A stretch of DNA of 64,000 bases, taken from the IMG/VR virus record IMGVR_UViG_3300033069_001311. One strand, given 5' to 3'. This DNA is from an uncultured virus (IMG/VR IMGVR_UViG_3300033069_001311). Taxonomy: Duplodnaviria; Heunggongvirae; Uroviricota; Caudoviricetes. The notes beneath the pieces were generated by a model. The model did no database searches. It worked only from the letters and a program-made list of their open reading frames with translations, and was not told the DNA's origin. The translations under genes and the position numbers were made by a program. Below are positions 1 to 8,543 of this stretch, piece by piece (within the stretch, counting starts at the first letter, position 1; each line of letters starts with the position of its first letter).

Positions 1-57
1 CGGCAATGTGACGGTTTATGGTGCCGACGGTTCCGTTCTCCTAGAGATTGTTTGAGC

Positions 58-73
58 GGCACGAAACCAGCTA
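58..73 (+). promoter_or_regulatory. GGCACG-n-AACC-n-GCTA motif, sigma54-like (GG-N10-GC), copy 1
   Basis: GGCACGAAACCAGCTA 14 nt before ATG 88; motif recurs at 803 and 2876. Confidence 0.5.
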
Positions 74-87
74 ACAGGATCACGAGC

Positions 88-471
88 ATGGAAGCCACAA
101 CGAAACCTCGCCGTAGTCGCTCGCATTCTGCCGCGCTCTCCGCTCTCCGAGACATCCTTTCCCGGGCAGAGCATTATAAGATGACATCGGCCAAGCTCAA
201 TTCTGAGTTTGCCGCTCTCCGTGATCGGTTCAATTTGCCCAGCTACGAATGGCAATATCTCCGAGGGTTCCGGGATTGCCGTATCGAATCGTGGCAGCAT
301 CGGCACCACGAATTCCGTTACGTCATGCCGGACGGGAGGCTTGTGCCCGCTAAATGGGACGCCATGAGCGAGGCGGACCGGGCACACGTGATGTCTCAGA
401 AAGACCCGCTTTCCGGCCACTACTGGATTGGTACAGACAAGCCTTGGTTCATTTCGGGGAAGAACGCCTAA
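88..471 (+). CDS. hypothetical early protein
   Basis: ORF from ATG 88 (MEATTKPRR), followed by an intergenic hairpin. Confidence 0.75.
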   Translation: MEATTKPRRSRSHSAALSALRDILSRAEHYKMTSAKLNSEFAALRDRFNLPSYEWQYLRGFRDCRIESWQHRHHEFRYVMPDGRLVPAKWDAMSEADRAHVMSQKDPLSGHYWIGTDKPWFISGKNA

Positions 472-533
472 CCCCTTGCCCCGGTCCCTAGTGCCGGCAT
501 CCGGTTGCTGGGCACTAGTGGCCGCGACAAGCG
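472..533 (+). other. long imperfect intergenic hairpin
   Basis: CTAGTGCC...GGCACTAG core, extended by CTTG/CAAG and CGGTC/GGCCG arms. Confidence 0.65.
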
Positions 534-544
534 GAAACCAAGCC

Positions 545-802
545 ATGAAACGCAAACCCCTCACCTTAATGGAATGCCCAGTCGTCGCATGGACGGGGGG
601 CACGTCGCCCAACCCGGAATTGCTTCGCCCCAACCATCGGCGGGACTTTGAGATTGTCACCCGTCGCCTATTCCGGGAGCAATGCCGGGAATGGGTGTCT
701 TTCTGGCGTGATCGGCTACCGCTAGACATTGCCCGGATTTTCTGGGGCCGGGCACGAGGCGACGCATGGGCGACGGCGCGAGAAATTGGTTGGGCAGACT
801 GA
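545..802 (+). CDS. hypothetical protein
   Basis: ATG after A/C-rich leader (MKRKPLTL). Confidence 0.65.
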   Translation: MKRKPLTLMECPVVAWTGGTSPNPELLRPNHRRDFEIVTRRLFREQCREWVSFWRDRLPLDIARIFWGRARGDAWATAREIGWAD

Positions 803-818
803 GGCACGCAACCCGCTA
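803..818 (+). promoter_or_regulatory. sigma54-like motif, copy 2
   Basis: GGCACGCAACCCGCTA before ATG 832. Confidence 0.5.
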
Positions 819-831
819 GGGAGACATTGAC

Positions 832-1032
832 ATGGAACGGATTCTATTCAACGCGATCGCCAAGCTGCGAGCGTACCACAACTATGGCCAGCGCATGCGC
901 GAGATCGGGCGAGGCTTCGAACCTAGCAACGAGATTTCAGACAGGGACCTGATAGCTTTAATGGAGGCCGACTATCGGAAAAATTACGGCGAATTGCCGG
1001 ACAACGAGACGTTTTCCGCGCCCCTCCTGTAA
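832..1032 (+). CDS. hypothetical protein
   Basis: 66-aa ORF in tandem + strand gene string. Confidence 0.7.
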   Translation: MERILFNAIAKLRAYHNYGQRMREIGRGFEPSNEISDRDLIALMEADYRKNYGELPDNETFSAPLL

Positions 1033-1036
1033 CCTT

Positions 1037-1081
1037 TCGGCGCCAGCGCCCGGGGCCTTGTCCCTTGGGCTTTGGGGCCGG
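1037..1081 (+). other. intergenic hairpin with CCTTG loop
   Basis: GCCCGGGG-CCTTGT-CCCTTGGGC core. Confidence 0.65.
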
Positions 1082-1098
1082 CGGATTGCCGGGAAACC

Positions 1099-1317
1099 AT
1101 GACATCTATCCCTAAAGGCACAAAAGCCAAACTCGCGATTCAATGCGTCTGCCCCGATACGGGGAAAACGGGTGACTTTCTGTTTCTCGGCGACTCGCAC
1201 CGGGTTCCCGGGACTCGCGTTACTATCGTCTATTCACACCTTGCGAACCTTATCCGGGAAGAGTCCCGGGACTGGAAGCAAGTCCCCGGCGACGGGCTAA
1301 CCTACGTCAAGCTGTAG
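1099..1317 (+). CDS. hypothetical protein
   Basis: ATG after GAAACC leader (MTSIPKG). Confidence 0.65.
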   Translation: MTSIPKGTKAKLAIQCVCPDTGKTGDFLFLGDSHRVPGTRVTIVYSHLANLIREESRDWKQVPGDGLTYVKL

Positions 1318-1371
1318 TCTCCCGGCGCCCGGCATCCGGAGCCTTGCTCCGTGATGCCGGAGGCCGGCAGA
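1318..1371 (+). other. intergenic hairpin
   Basis: CCGGCATCCGGAGC-CTT-GCTCCG(T)GATGCCGG. Confidence 0.7.
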
Positions 1372-1394
1372 TGAAACCAGCCGGAGAAACCCGA

Positions 1395-1661
1395 ATGAAA
1401 ACCAAAATCATCGCAGTCCCCCTGCTTCTCATAATCGAGACGGAGGGCAAATCGACCGCCGACGATATCGCGGCGGCACTTCAGGAAGCCTGCCGGGAGG
1501 CTTGGGATAAGCTTCGCACGTACCCAGAATGGCGCGGCGGGCCGGAAGTCCACGTCTTTCTAGACGAGGGGGTGCCGGACCACGCCGGGGAGTTCGACAC
1601 AGACACCGAGGAACTCCCTTGGTCAATCCAGGACAAACGCCTCGCTCCCGTAACGACATGA
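1395..1661 (+). CDS. hypothetical protein
   Basis: MKTKIIAV start; ATGA overlap with next gene. Confidence 0.7.
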   Translation: MKTKIIAVPLLLIIETEGKSTADDIAAALQEACREAWDKLRTYPEWRGGPEVHVFLDEGVPDHAGEFDTDTEELPWSIQDKRLAPVTT

Positions 1662-2002
1662 ACACACCTACACTAGAACAAGCCGGCCCGCTCCTAGTGC
1701 CGGTGGACGAAGCCGGATGCGCGACGGGGAGGCCGGAGAGCTTGCCCTCTCCGCTTCGCCTTCGCTTGGCGGAACTAATCCAGCGGGAGCCCGACCCGCA
1801 ATGTTACCCCAGCTTGCACCAATACTGGCAAGGGCGGGTCGCCGAACTGGACCACGCTATCGAACTCGAAGGCACGGCGATTGCCATGCTTCGCCGCCTT
1901 CACACGGAGGCCACCCGCTACCGGGACACGGGCGCCGGGCGCGAGCATCTGACGAATGCTTTGATTGACGCAAGGCGTGTGCTGGAAGGGGGTGCGCTGT
2001 GA
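1658..2002 (+). CDS. hypothetical protein
   Basis: MNTPTLE start, translationally coupled at both ends. Confidence 0.7.
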   Translation: MNTPTLEQAGPLLVPVDEAGCATGRPESLPSPLRLRLAELIQREPDPQCYPSLHQYWQGRVAELDHAIELEGTAIAMLRRLHTEATRYRDTGAGREHLTNALIDARRVLEGGAL

Positions 2003-2220
2003 GTGCCCTTAGCCCTTTGGAGTTTGGCGAGCTTTCCCGGGACATCGCCCGCATGCGGAGCTACTTCCCCTTTCGGATTGTCTGGGGATACGTAGACGAC
2101 GGGCACCCGATAGTCTTCGCCCACCACACCCGGCGCCAGATGAACGCGGCGATTCGCGCCGGGAAGGCAGTCTACACTCAGTCGGAGACGGCTCCGGAGA
2201 AGAAAGGGGGTGCGCTGTGA
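1999..2220 (+). CDS. hypothetical protein
   Basis: GTGA overlaps at both ends. Confidence 0.7.
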   Translation: MSALSPLEFGELSRDIARMRSYFPFRIVWGYVDDGHPIVFAHHTRRQMNAAIRAGKAVYTQSETAPEKKGGAL

Positions 2221-2762
2221 CTACGGACGCAACCCCGATGTTCCCGAAACAGTTTTCGGGAACATCCGTTGGCGACACGTGGCAAACTCCGTCTGGCTCG
2301 CGGGAGGTTGTCCGCTTGGAGGACGGCCACGCGTGGGTTCGGGAGTCGGAATGCCCGGGTGTCCTCTATCGCTATCTGGAGACGGCAATCCCGGGCATGA
2401 AGAAAGCGGCCGAGGCTGGCCGAGCAATCCGGGCCAAATGGGACGCGCAGGAGGCCGAACGTCTTGCCGAGGCGGCGGAAGCCCGTAGCTTCGACGGCTG
2501 GGAGGCTTCGCTGTCCCCGATGGAGCGGGGCCGGGCGGAAAAGGTCCTCTTGGTTCAAGTCCTCTATCGGGGGCGCCCGATGTCTCGCCGGGATGTCGTT
2601 CGCCTCGCCGTCTCCGAGGGCGCCACCCCGGGCGCCGGGATCGGCGGCGAGTGGTCGATTGATTGGCCGGACGGGCGATTCCTTCGCTTGCCCAAGCTTG
2701 CCGTGGACTATGCCCGGCATCTGGTAGAGAGAAACGGCCCTGTCGGAAACCCTACACCCTAA
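2217..2762 (+). CDS. hypothetical protein
   Basis: 181-aa ORF coupled to previous gene. Confidence 0.7.
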   Translation: MTTDATPMFPKQFSGTSVGDTWQTPSGSREVVRLEDGHAWVRESECPGVLYRYLETAIPGMKKAAEAGRAIRAKWDAQEAERLAEAAEARSFDGWEASLSPMERGRAEKVLLVQVLYRGRPMSRRDVVRLAVSEGATPGAGIGGEWSIDWPDGRFLRLPKLAVDYARHLVERNGPVGNPTP

Positions 2763-2875
2763 CCCGAACAACCACAACAATGCCGGAAAACCTTACAGTC
2801 CGCCGACACCCGGAACCCGGCCATTGTGTCAGATTCCCCGACACTTTGGCCCGAAACTGGGGTCGAATGGCGGCT

Positions 2876-2897
2876 GGCACGGAACCGGCTAACAGGA
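2876..2897 (+). promoter_or_regulatory. sigma54-like motif, copy 3
   Basis: GGCACGGAACCGGCTAACAGGA, 20/22 identical to 58-79. Confidence 0.5.
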
Positions 2898-2907
2898 AGG
2901 CGCACCC

Positions 2908-3147
2908 ATGAAAACCCTCGAACGAACCCTTGTTGACCTCTGCGCGGAAGTCGACTGGCTCCGGGAGGAGCTGGCGGACATGACGAAGGATCGCGACGAA
3001 TGGCGCGAGAAACTTATCGGCATGCAATTACAGGACATCGAACACGGCAAGGCGATGATGGGCGGGCTTCTCCAGATCGCCCTCGCCCGGGCGGACGACG
3101 CCGTCGCTCTTGCGAAGGCCGAGGCCGCTCTTGTACCCAAGGATTGA
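2908..3147 (+). CDS. hypothetical coiled-coil protein
   Basis: 79-aa helical ORF. Confidence 0.7.
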   Translation: MKTLERTLVDLCAEVDWLREELADMTKDRDEWREKLIGMQLQDIEHGKAMMGGLLQIALARADDAVALAKAEAALVPKD

Positions 3148-3198
3148 ATCGGCACCCGGAGCCCGGGGCCTTGTGCCCTTGGGCTTCGTAGCCGGATC
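3148..3198 (+). other. intergenic hairpin with CCTTG loop
   Basis: GGAGCCCGGGGCCTTGTGCCCTTGGGCTTC, near copy of the 1037 hairpin core. Confidence 0.7.
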
Positions 3199-3220
3199 AA
3201 ACCACCGGACAAAACGCACC

Positions 3221-3637
3221 ATGAAAACGATCAATCAAACCATCGAAGATTCCGGCCTTGACCCCAAGCTGGTCCGCGCCGTTGCTCAAACGGTCGGCGT
3301 GGATCATCTGGAAGACCTCGCCCGGCACGGTGCCGCCGGCGGATTCCCGGGGATCACATACACCCGCGACACCGTGGCCTTTTTCAAGCGGCACCGCAAA
3401 GCCATCGCCGCCCTTGTCGAAAGCATGTCGCAGGAGTTCGGCGAGGACCCGCTGTCCTTCGTCGCCGGGTTTCAGTGCCTCGGCGGCGTCGACGCCAAGG
3501 GGCGCCGCGAATACTTCCCCAGCGTCGCCCGGTGCCTGTACGGTGGCCGGCTGACCGAGGACGACGACACCGTCGCAAACGCTCTTTGCTGGTTCGCTTG
3601 CGAAGAGGTGGCCCGCGCCTTCAATCCCGACCTTTGA
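3221..3637 (+). CDS. conserved phage early protein
   Basis: HGAAGGFPGITYTRDT and NALCWFACEEVA resemble a recurring phage hypothetical family. Confidence 0.75.
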   Translation: MKTINQTIEDSGLDPKLVRAVAQTVGVDHLEDLARHGAAGGFPGITYTRDTVAFFKRHRKAIAALVESMSQEFGEDPLSFVAGFQCLGGVDAKGRREYFPSVARCLYGGRLTEDDDTVANALCWFACEEVARAFNPDL

Positions 3638-3640
3638 CCC

Positions 3641-3683
3641 CTCGCGCCGAGTCCCGGGCCTTGAAACCCGGGATTCTGGCGGG
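3641..3683 (+). other. intergenic hairpin with CCTTG loop
   Basis: GAGTCCCGGG-CCTTGAAA-CCCGGGATTC. Confidence 0.7.
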
Positions 3684-3709
3684 CGGCCAGATGCCCGAAC
3701 CAAGAAACC

Positions 3710-4312
3710 ATGAAACGATTCAACGACTACACCGACGCCGAGTTGCTCGGCATCGACAACGCAACATTCAACGACGCCGTCCGGCTCGAAGCTATCGCCC
3801 GGGGCGTCAAGCCACCCATCCCGCTGTCCGAAGCCCTTCGGTCTTCGGAATGGCGCGGGTACCAGTGCCCCGGCGACGCGGCGGCGGTCTGGGAGATTAT
3901 GGCGCCTACGGAGTACGGCCAGCCCCGCGGCTCAGGGATCGCTTTCCAGGACGAAGATCGGGCGATGAAGGCGATGCAGGGTGCCATCAGCGTCCGGCAC
4001 GACGAATACGGCGCCGACAAAGGTTTCAAGTTCAACCAGCAAGACGGCTGGGCGGTGCGTAAAGTCCTTGTCGGCTCTACCAAATCCGCGCAGGCGTGGG
4101 CCAAGTTCGAGGCGTACAGAGAGGACACCGCCGACTTCGATAAGGTCGTCGAGGAATGCACAACCCGGTGGTCGACGGTCCTCCAGGCGGCCTATGACAA
4201 GAAAGTTCGCTCGGAGCGCCGGGCCGAATACCTCCGCCTTGCGGCCGGCAATGAGGAGATCGCCCGGGCGTTCTGGGATAAGGCCGAGCGAACCGAGTGG
4301 CCCACGGAGTAG
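3710..4312 (+). CDS. hypothetical protein
   Basis: 200-aa ORF with typical codon usage. Confidence 0.8.
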   Translation: MKRFNDYTDAELLGIDNATFNDAVRLEAIARGVKPPIPLSEALRSSEWRGYQCPGDAAAVWEIMAPTEYGQPRGSGIAFQDEDRAMKAMQGAISVRHDEYGADKGFKFNQQDGWAVRKVLVGSTKSAQAWAKFEAYREDTADFDKVVEECTTRWSTVLQAAYDKKVRSERRAEYLRLAAGNEEIARAFWDKAERTEWPTE

Positions 4313-4316
4313 ATCT

Positions 4317-4616
4317 ATGACAACCGAAGAAATCATTGCCCTGTTCGAGAAGCACGACGACCTGTATCTGGAGGGGTTCGGGGAAGCCGGGAAGGCTCTC
4401 GGGCCGACCAAACGGGCGGATCTTAACGCTCTCTTGCTCCTGGATCGGCTCTCCCCCGGCGAAGGGGACATGGTATCGGCGGCGGAGCACGACGTATTCT
4501 TTCCCGACGTCCTGCTGGAGGATCTGGCCTTGGTCGCCACCGAAGAGGACGTCAAGAACCTGCTCCGGTGCGGCGTCTCCATCGACGAAGACGACACGCT
4601 TAAGCTGCACGCCTGA
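4317..4616 (+). CDS. hypothetical acidic protein
   Basis: MTTEEII start 4 nt after previous stop. Confidence 0.75.
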   Translation: MTTEEIIALFEKHDDLYLEGFGEAGKALGPTKRADLNALLLLDRLSPGEGDMVSAAEHDVFFPDVLLEDLALVATEEDVKNLLRCGVSIDEDDTLKLHA

Positions 4617-4617
4617 C

Positions 4618-4666
4618 CCTCCGCAAACCCGCCCCGGGGCTATCCTCTGGGGCGGGCCGCGGGAGG
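4618..4666 (+). other. intergenic hairpin
   Basis: CCCGCCCCGGGG-CTAT-CCTCTGGGGCGGG with CCTCCGC/GCGGGAGG outer arms. Confidence 0.65.
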
Positions 4667-4698
4667 CCGGAACCCGGCACCCGGAACCAGAAATCAAC

Positions 4699-4929
4699 AT
4701 GAAGACCCAGAATCCCACGGAATTCCCCATCGAATCAGGTATTCCAGTCCCGAACGATAACATCAGGCGCCGGGCACGGTATCCGTTTCGCCTGCTGGAG
4801 GTCGGGGACTCGTTCTTCGTACCCAAAGCAAACGTTCGGAACCTTGCGGCTTGCTGGAATCGCTGCCGTCCGATGCGGTTCACCGCAAAAACGTTCCCCG
4901 ATGGCGTCCGCGTCTGGCGCATCGCCTGA
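4699..4929 (+). CDS. small conserved phage protein, possibly DNA-binding
   Basis: IESGIPVP...YPF..LEVGDSFFVP...GVRVWR pattern. Confidence 0.75.
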   Translation: MKTQNPTEFPIESGIPVPNDNIRRRARYPFRLLEVGDSFFVPKANVRNLAACWNRCRPMRFTAKTFPDGVRVWRIA

Positions 4930-4956
4930 AACCTCAGCCAAGAAAGACCAAAAACC

Positions 4957-5520
4957 ATGAGCATCCTAAACCTACTCAAGCCGACAGGCTCCTCGAAGAA
5001 GTCGCCGGCCATCGCAGCAACCGTCGGGCTCCCGGAAGCGGAGCAATTCATCGTCGCCAAGTCCGCCCTCGATGCGGCCGAGGCGAACGCCGAGGTCCTG
5101 AAATCCTCGGTCTACGACATCGCCCGGGGCGTCTATCTGGCGTCCAATGCGGGGAGACCCGTCCCCGATGACGCCGTCGAGTTCCGGACCCCGGCGGGGG
5201 TCGTTCGGGCATCCTTCTCCTCGGCATGGAAAGCCGCACCGAGCGGGATCGCCACGCTTCCGCCAGCTCTCGTCCGGGAGCGGTTCACGATTCAGATCGA
5301 CGGCGACGGGATGAGCCCGGCGCAGGCGCAGGCATTCGTTCCAGCGCTCTTGGCGCTGGCCCAGGCGCACGGCGTCAAGGTCGAGGCGAAGGGCGGGCTC
5401 TACCCCGTCCCGGACTTCAACACCCGGCGCTTCACCGAACTGAGCCCCGAGGCCAACGCGGCGGCCGAGGCGGCCGGTCTCGGGACCAAGATCACCCTTC
5501 GCGTCACGGGGGTCAAATGA
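4957..5520 (+). CDS. hypothetical protein
   Basis: 187-aa ORF after A-rich leader. Confidence 0.8.
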   Translation: MSILNLLKPTGSSKKSPAIAATVGLPEAEQFIVAKSALDAAEANAEVLKSSVYDIARGVYLASNAGRPVPDDAVEFRTPAGVVRASFSSAWKAAPSGIATLPPALVRERFTIQIDGDGMSPAQAQAFVPALLALAQAHGVKVEAKGGLYPVPDFNTRRFTELSPEANAAAEAAGLGTKITLRVTGVK

Positions 5521-5861
5521 CCACTGACAACTACTGGCGCTTCCGAGGCCGGTGCAAGGAGCTGAGCGAGGCGGCTGTTTCGGAGGACCCAACCTTAACG
5601 CTGGTTCGCGGGCACTACTACTGCCCGATCTGGAACTCGGACGAGGCCCATTGGTGGACAGTACGCCCGGATGGGTCGATCTTCGATCCGACAGCTCTTC
5701 AGTTTCCCTCCGCCGGGCACGGGATCTACACGCCCTTCGATGGTATCGTGACCTGCTCAGAGTGCGGCAGGGAGCTTCCGGAGGCGGAGGCCCACTTCGA
5801 CTCCAACTACGTGTTCTGCTCGAATGCGTGCCACGGGCGCTTTGTGGGGGTGTACGTATGA
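5517..5861 (+). CDS. putative transglutaminase/papain-like protein with C-terminal Zn finger
   Basis: GRC...HWW...DPT triad-like residues; CSEC...CSNAC. Confidence 0.5.
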   Translation: MTTDNYWRFRGRCKELSEAAVSEDPTLTLVRGHYYCPIWNSDEAHWWTVRPDGSIFDPTALQFPSAGHGIYTPFDGIVTCSECGRELPEAEAHFDSNYVFCSNACHGRFVGVYV

Positions 5862-6391
5862 GCCCCATGCGCCCGGCGATCACGCTCCCCCGCCTCGACA
5901 CCTACCCCGGCGCCAGCCCGCAGGGCTGGCTGTGGCAGGTGAAGCTCAACGACGAGCGGGGGATGCTTACGCCCGAAGGGACGCTCGTCAATCGGCTCGG
6001 GCGACCGTTCGCCCCGCACAAGGTCCGCGCCTTCGGTACGGCCTTGGGGCTATTGGAGGCCCAATTCCCCGGGGAGTGGGTCGACATCGCCCTTCTCGGG
6101 TTCCGGGGCGGGTTCCCGGTGGGGAGCATCGTCGTCCTCGACCTGCCCGACCGTCCGGGCGGGTTTGTCGAGCGCATGTCCGCAGACACGGGCACGCTGT
6201 TTCTCCCCGAAGAGGGGGAGGTGGCTCCGGTCGGGCAAATTCTGACGCTCGACTACTACGACAACGCGAAGAGTATTTTCCTCCGAACCATCGGCAAGAC
6301 CGGGTTGGAGGGCGTCATCGGCCGCCGTCCCGGCGTCCGGTACGCAGAAGGGGACAGCCGGGACATGGTCAAAAGTAAGTGGAGATACTGA
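5858..6391 (+). CDS. ATP-dependent ligase-like nucleotidyltransferase domain (no OB domain)
   Basis: WLWQVKLNDER (motif I-like), LEGVIGR (motif IV), MVKSK (motif V). Confidence 0.6.
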   Translation: MSPMRPAITLPRLDTYPGASPQGWLWQVKLNDERGMLTPEGTLVNRLGRPFAPHKVRAFGTALGLLEAQFPGEWVDIALLGFRGGFPVGSIVVLDLPDRPGGFVERMSADTGTLFLPEEGEVAPVGQILTLDYYDNAKSIFLRTIGKTGLEGVIGRRPGVRYAEGDSRDMVKSKWRY

Positions 6392-6733
6392 ATGATAACC
6401 GCAACCAACATCTATCTGTGGGGAATACTCGGTCGGGTCGAAGTCGTCTTGATTCTCGCCATGATCGGGACCGGATTGGCCTCTCTATTCACGACAATGG
6501 CTTGGCTGGTCGAGGGGTTTGATCTGGAGAACCGAGTGCGACTTAAGGTGTACGCCGCATTCGTCGTTTCTATGCTCCTCACGGTCTTCGTCCCCAGTAG
6601 GGAGACGTTCGCCGCCATGTACGTCTTGCCCGCCATCGCGAAGTCCGAGGCGGTGCAGAAGGATCTCCCCGAGGTCTACAGTATGGCAGTCGACTTCATG
6701 AAGAAACAACTCAGCACAAAGGAGACCAAGTAA
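6392..6733 (+). CDS. membrane protein
   Basis: two hydrophobic helices, VPSRETFAAM pattern. Confidence 0.75.
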   Translation: MITATNIYLWGILGRVEVVLILAMIGTGLASLFTTMAWLVEGFDLENRVRLKVYAAFVVSMLLTVFVPSRETFAAMYVLPAIAKSEAVQKDLPEVYSMAVDFMKKQLSTKETK

Positions 6734-6734
6734 C

Positions 6735-6905
6735 ATGCTCGCATCTATCACACTGGAAGACCTCACCATCCCGCAGATGATCGCCCTACTCAAGCGGGCC
6801 GGCGCATTCGCCGCCGACTGGGCGCCGCCCGAAGGGATCGTCTTCCTCGCCCTCTGGGCCTGGATTATGATTCTCATGCTCATGTTCTTCAAGTTCATGA
6901 AGTGA
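6735..6905 (+). CDS. small membrane protein
   Basis: MLASITLE...IVFLALWAWIMILMLMFFKFMK, 56 aa, below ORF-track cutoff. Confidence 0.5.
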   Translation: MLASITLEDLTIPQMIALLKRAGAFAADWAPPEGIVFLALWAWIMILMLMFFKFMK

Positions 6906-6972
6906 CCATCGATCCCGGCGCCGGGCTGTTAGGGTCTGGCGTCGTGGTCGGGAGTCAGGAAAATAGAAAGAT

Positions 6973-7233
6973 ATGAACACGAACATGAACATCACGATTT
7001 CAGACGTCCAGAACGCTAACCTGTTGGGCGAGTTTCATCCGGTTTCCGGAGAATGGTCGCTGCATTGCGATTCCGAGGACAGAAGTAAGGAGGGGGTCGA
7101 ACAGGCAGTTAGGAACTGGATGGATTCCTCGTACCCGGTCCACGTCGAGGTCTACCATGCTGACGGGAGAGCTATTGGCGGGGATCTGCCAAGCGACGGA
7201 ACATTTGTTGCGATCCGCGTAAATTCGCTGTGA
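6973..7233 (+). CDS. hypothetical protein
   Basis: 86-aa ORF after A-rich leader. Confidence 0.65.
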   Translation: MNTNMNITISDVQNANLLGEFHPVSGEWSLHCDSEDRSKEGVEQAVRNWMDSSYPVHVEVYHADGRAIGGDLPSDGTFVAIRVNSL

Positions 7234-7249
7234 ACCGGCAAGGGCTCCT

Positions 7250-7441
7250 ATGAAAATCCTCCCCAACGACATCGAAACCCAGAGGTTATACTGCGACCTG
7301 CTGGGCCAGTACCCCGACACCCTGACTCTGGATGTCCGCGACCCGGAGCGGCCCGACCTTCACGTACCCGGTGGCCGGCTCCCGGTGCCGGGTGGGCTCG
7401 ACGGGCTCCCGGCTCTCATTCGAACAATCTTCGCGACCTGA
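7250..7441 (+). CDS. hypothetical protein
   Basis: 63-aa ORF in operon. Confidence 0.6.
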   Translation: MKILPNDIETQRLYCDLLGQYPDTLTLDVRDPERPDLHVPGGRLPVPGGLDGLPALIRTIFAT

Positions 7442-7444
7442 CCT

Positions 7445-8029
7445 ATGACCAAAAAAGAATACTTCGATGGCCTCGCCCGCGAGATCCGGAACGACTGGTT
7501 CGAGGACCACAAGGCGACTCTCCTTGTCTCCGGCGACGGGACCAAGGTAATCGACTGGCAGAAGCCCGGAACCTGGATCTACGGAATGCGATTCGTGATC
7601 CACAGCCGATGGCTCGCCGTCCTCGGGGATCTGGGCGAGGCCACCTACGAATGGAGTTCGAACATCGACCCGGAGTTCCTCGCCACCCTGAACTTCGACT
7701 ACTTCCTCGGCAAGTGCCGGGCGTCGGAGCATGGGCGAGAGTTCACGGTGTACGAGCCGGATGTCCTTACAACCGAGCTGGCGGAGTACGTGAAGGAGGC
7801 CGACAATGAGGATCGCCTGAGGCTGACCGAGTTGCTCGCTAACCTCGGCGTCTACTGCGATCGGGACGAATGGGTTCAGGCAATCCGCGAGGCGTACGAC
7901 GACGGTCTCCTACGGGACGCCGAGGAGGCGGGCATTGTCGCCAGTCTCGGACTTGTGCCCGACGGCCACGCCATCGCTCACTGGGTCGGGATCAGAATGG
8001 CGTGCCAGCAACTACTGGAGGCCAAATGA
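7445..8029 (+). CDS. conserved phage protein
   Basis: 194-aa ORF, GDLGEA and DYFLGK motifs. Confidence 0.8.
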   Translation: MTKKEYFDGLAREIRNDWFEDHKATLLVSGDGTKVIDWQKPGTWIYGMRFVIHSRWLAVLGDLGEATYEWSSNIDPEFLATLNFDYFLGKCRASEHGREFTVYEPDVLTTELAEYVKEADNEDRLRLTELLANLGVYCDRDEWVQAIREAYDDGLLRDAEEAGIVASLGLVPDGHAIAHWVGIRMACQQLLEAK

Positions 8030-8187
8030 AACTCTCCATCTTCATCCTGTGGCTCCTACCTTGGGGCCTGATCTCGACAACCGTAACCCTATTCGGCCAC
8101 CCGGTAGCCGGCACCATCATCGGAATCGCGTCGCTGGTCGGCGTAATCTTCGTGGTGGCGCTGGCGAGGGCGGCGAAAGGAAACTGA
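8026..8187 (+). CDS. small two-TM membrane protein
   Basis: MKLSIFILWLL..., ATGA-coupled. Confidence 0.6.
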   Translation: MKLSIFILWLLPWGLISTTVTLFGHPVAGTIIGIASLVGVIFVVALARAAKGN

Positions 8188-8543
8188 TGAACGCCACCAA
8201 TCTATTCGCCGCAACGAGTCTGCTGATTCCGCAGGTCTGCGACAAGCCGAAGCCCGAGTGGCCGTTCCAAAACCACCCTGGATTCTGGATCGAAGCGAAC
8301 TGGACTTCGTTCCGGTGGGCGGCTGGGTACCAATACAGCTTCGATCGACCCAGAATCAACTTCGCCAGATACTCCGGGCCGTGGCTCAGTACAATCCCTG
8401 CGGTCGCTGCAAGTCTCCGAGAGTTCGCCCGGACCAATAAGATCGTGACTGAGTCGGGCAGTGCGTTACTGGGCGGGCCAACGAACTATTCCGCGTTTCC
8501 TAACTGCATCTTTGTAACGATCGACTCCCATGAGAACCCTTAA
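8187..8543 (+). CDS. hypothetical protein
   Basis: MNATNLF start coupled via TGATG. Confidence 0.6.
   Translation: MNATNLFAATSLLIPQVCDKPKPEWPFQNHPGFWIEANWTSFRWAAGYQYSFDRPRINFARYSGPWLSTIPAVAASLREFARTNKIVTESGSALLGGPTNYSAFPNCIFVTIDSHENP

Noticed and set aside
2779..2911. Small ORF MPENLTV...
   Set aside because: Overlaps a long hairpin and the sigma54-like motif; coding status cannot be supported
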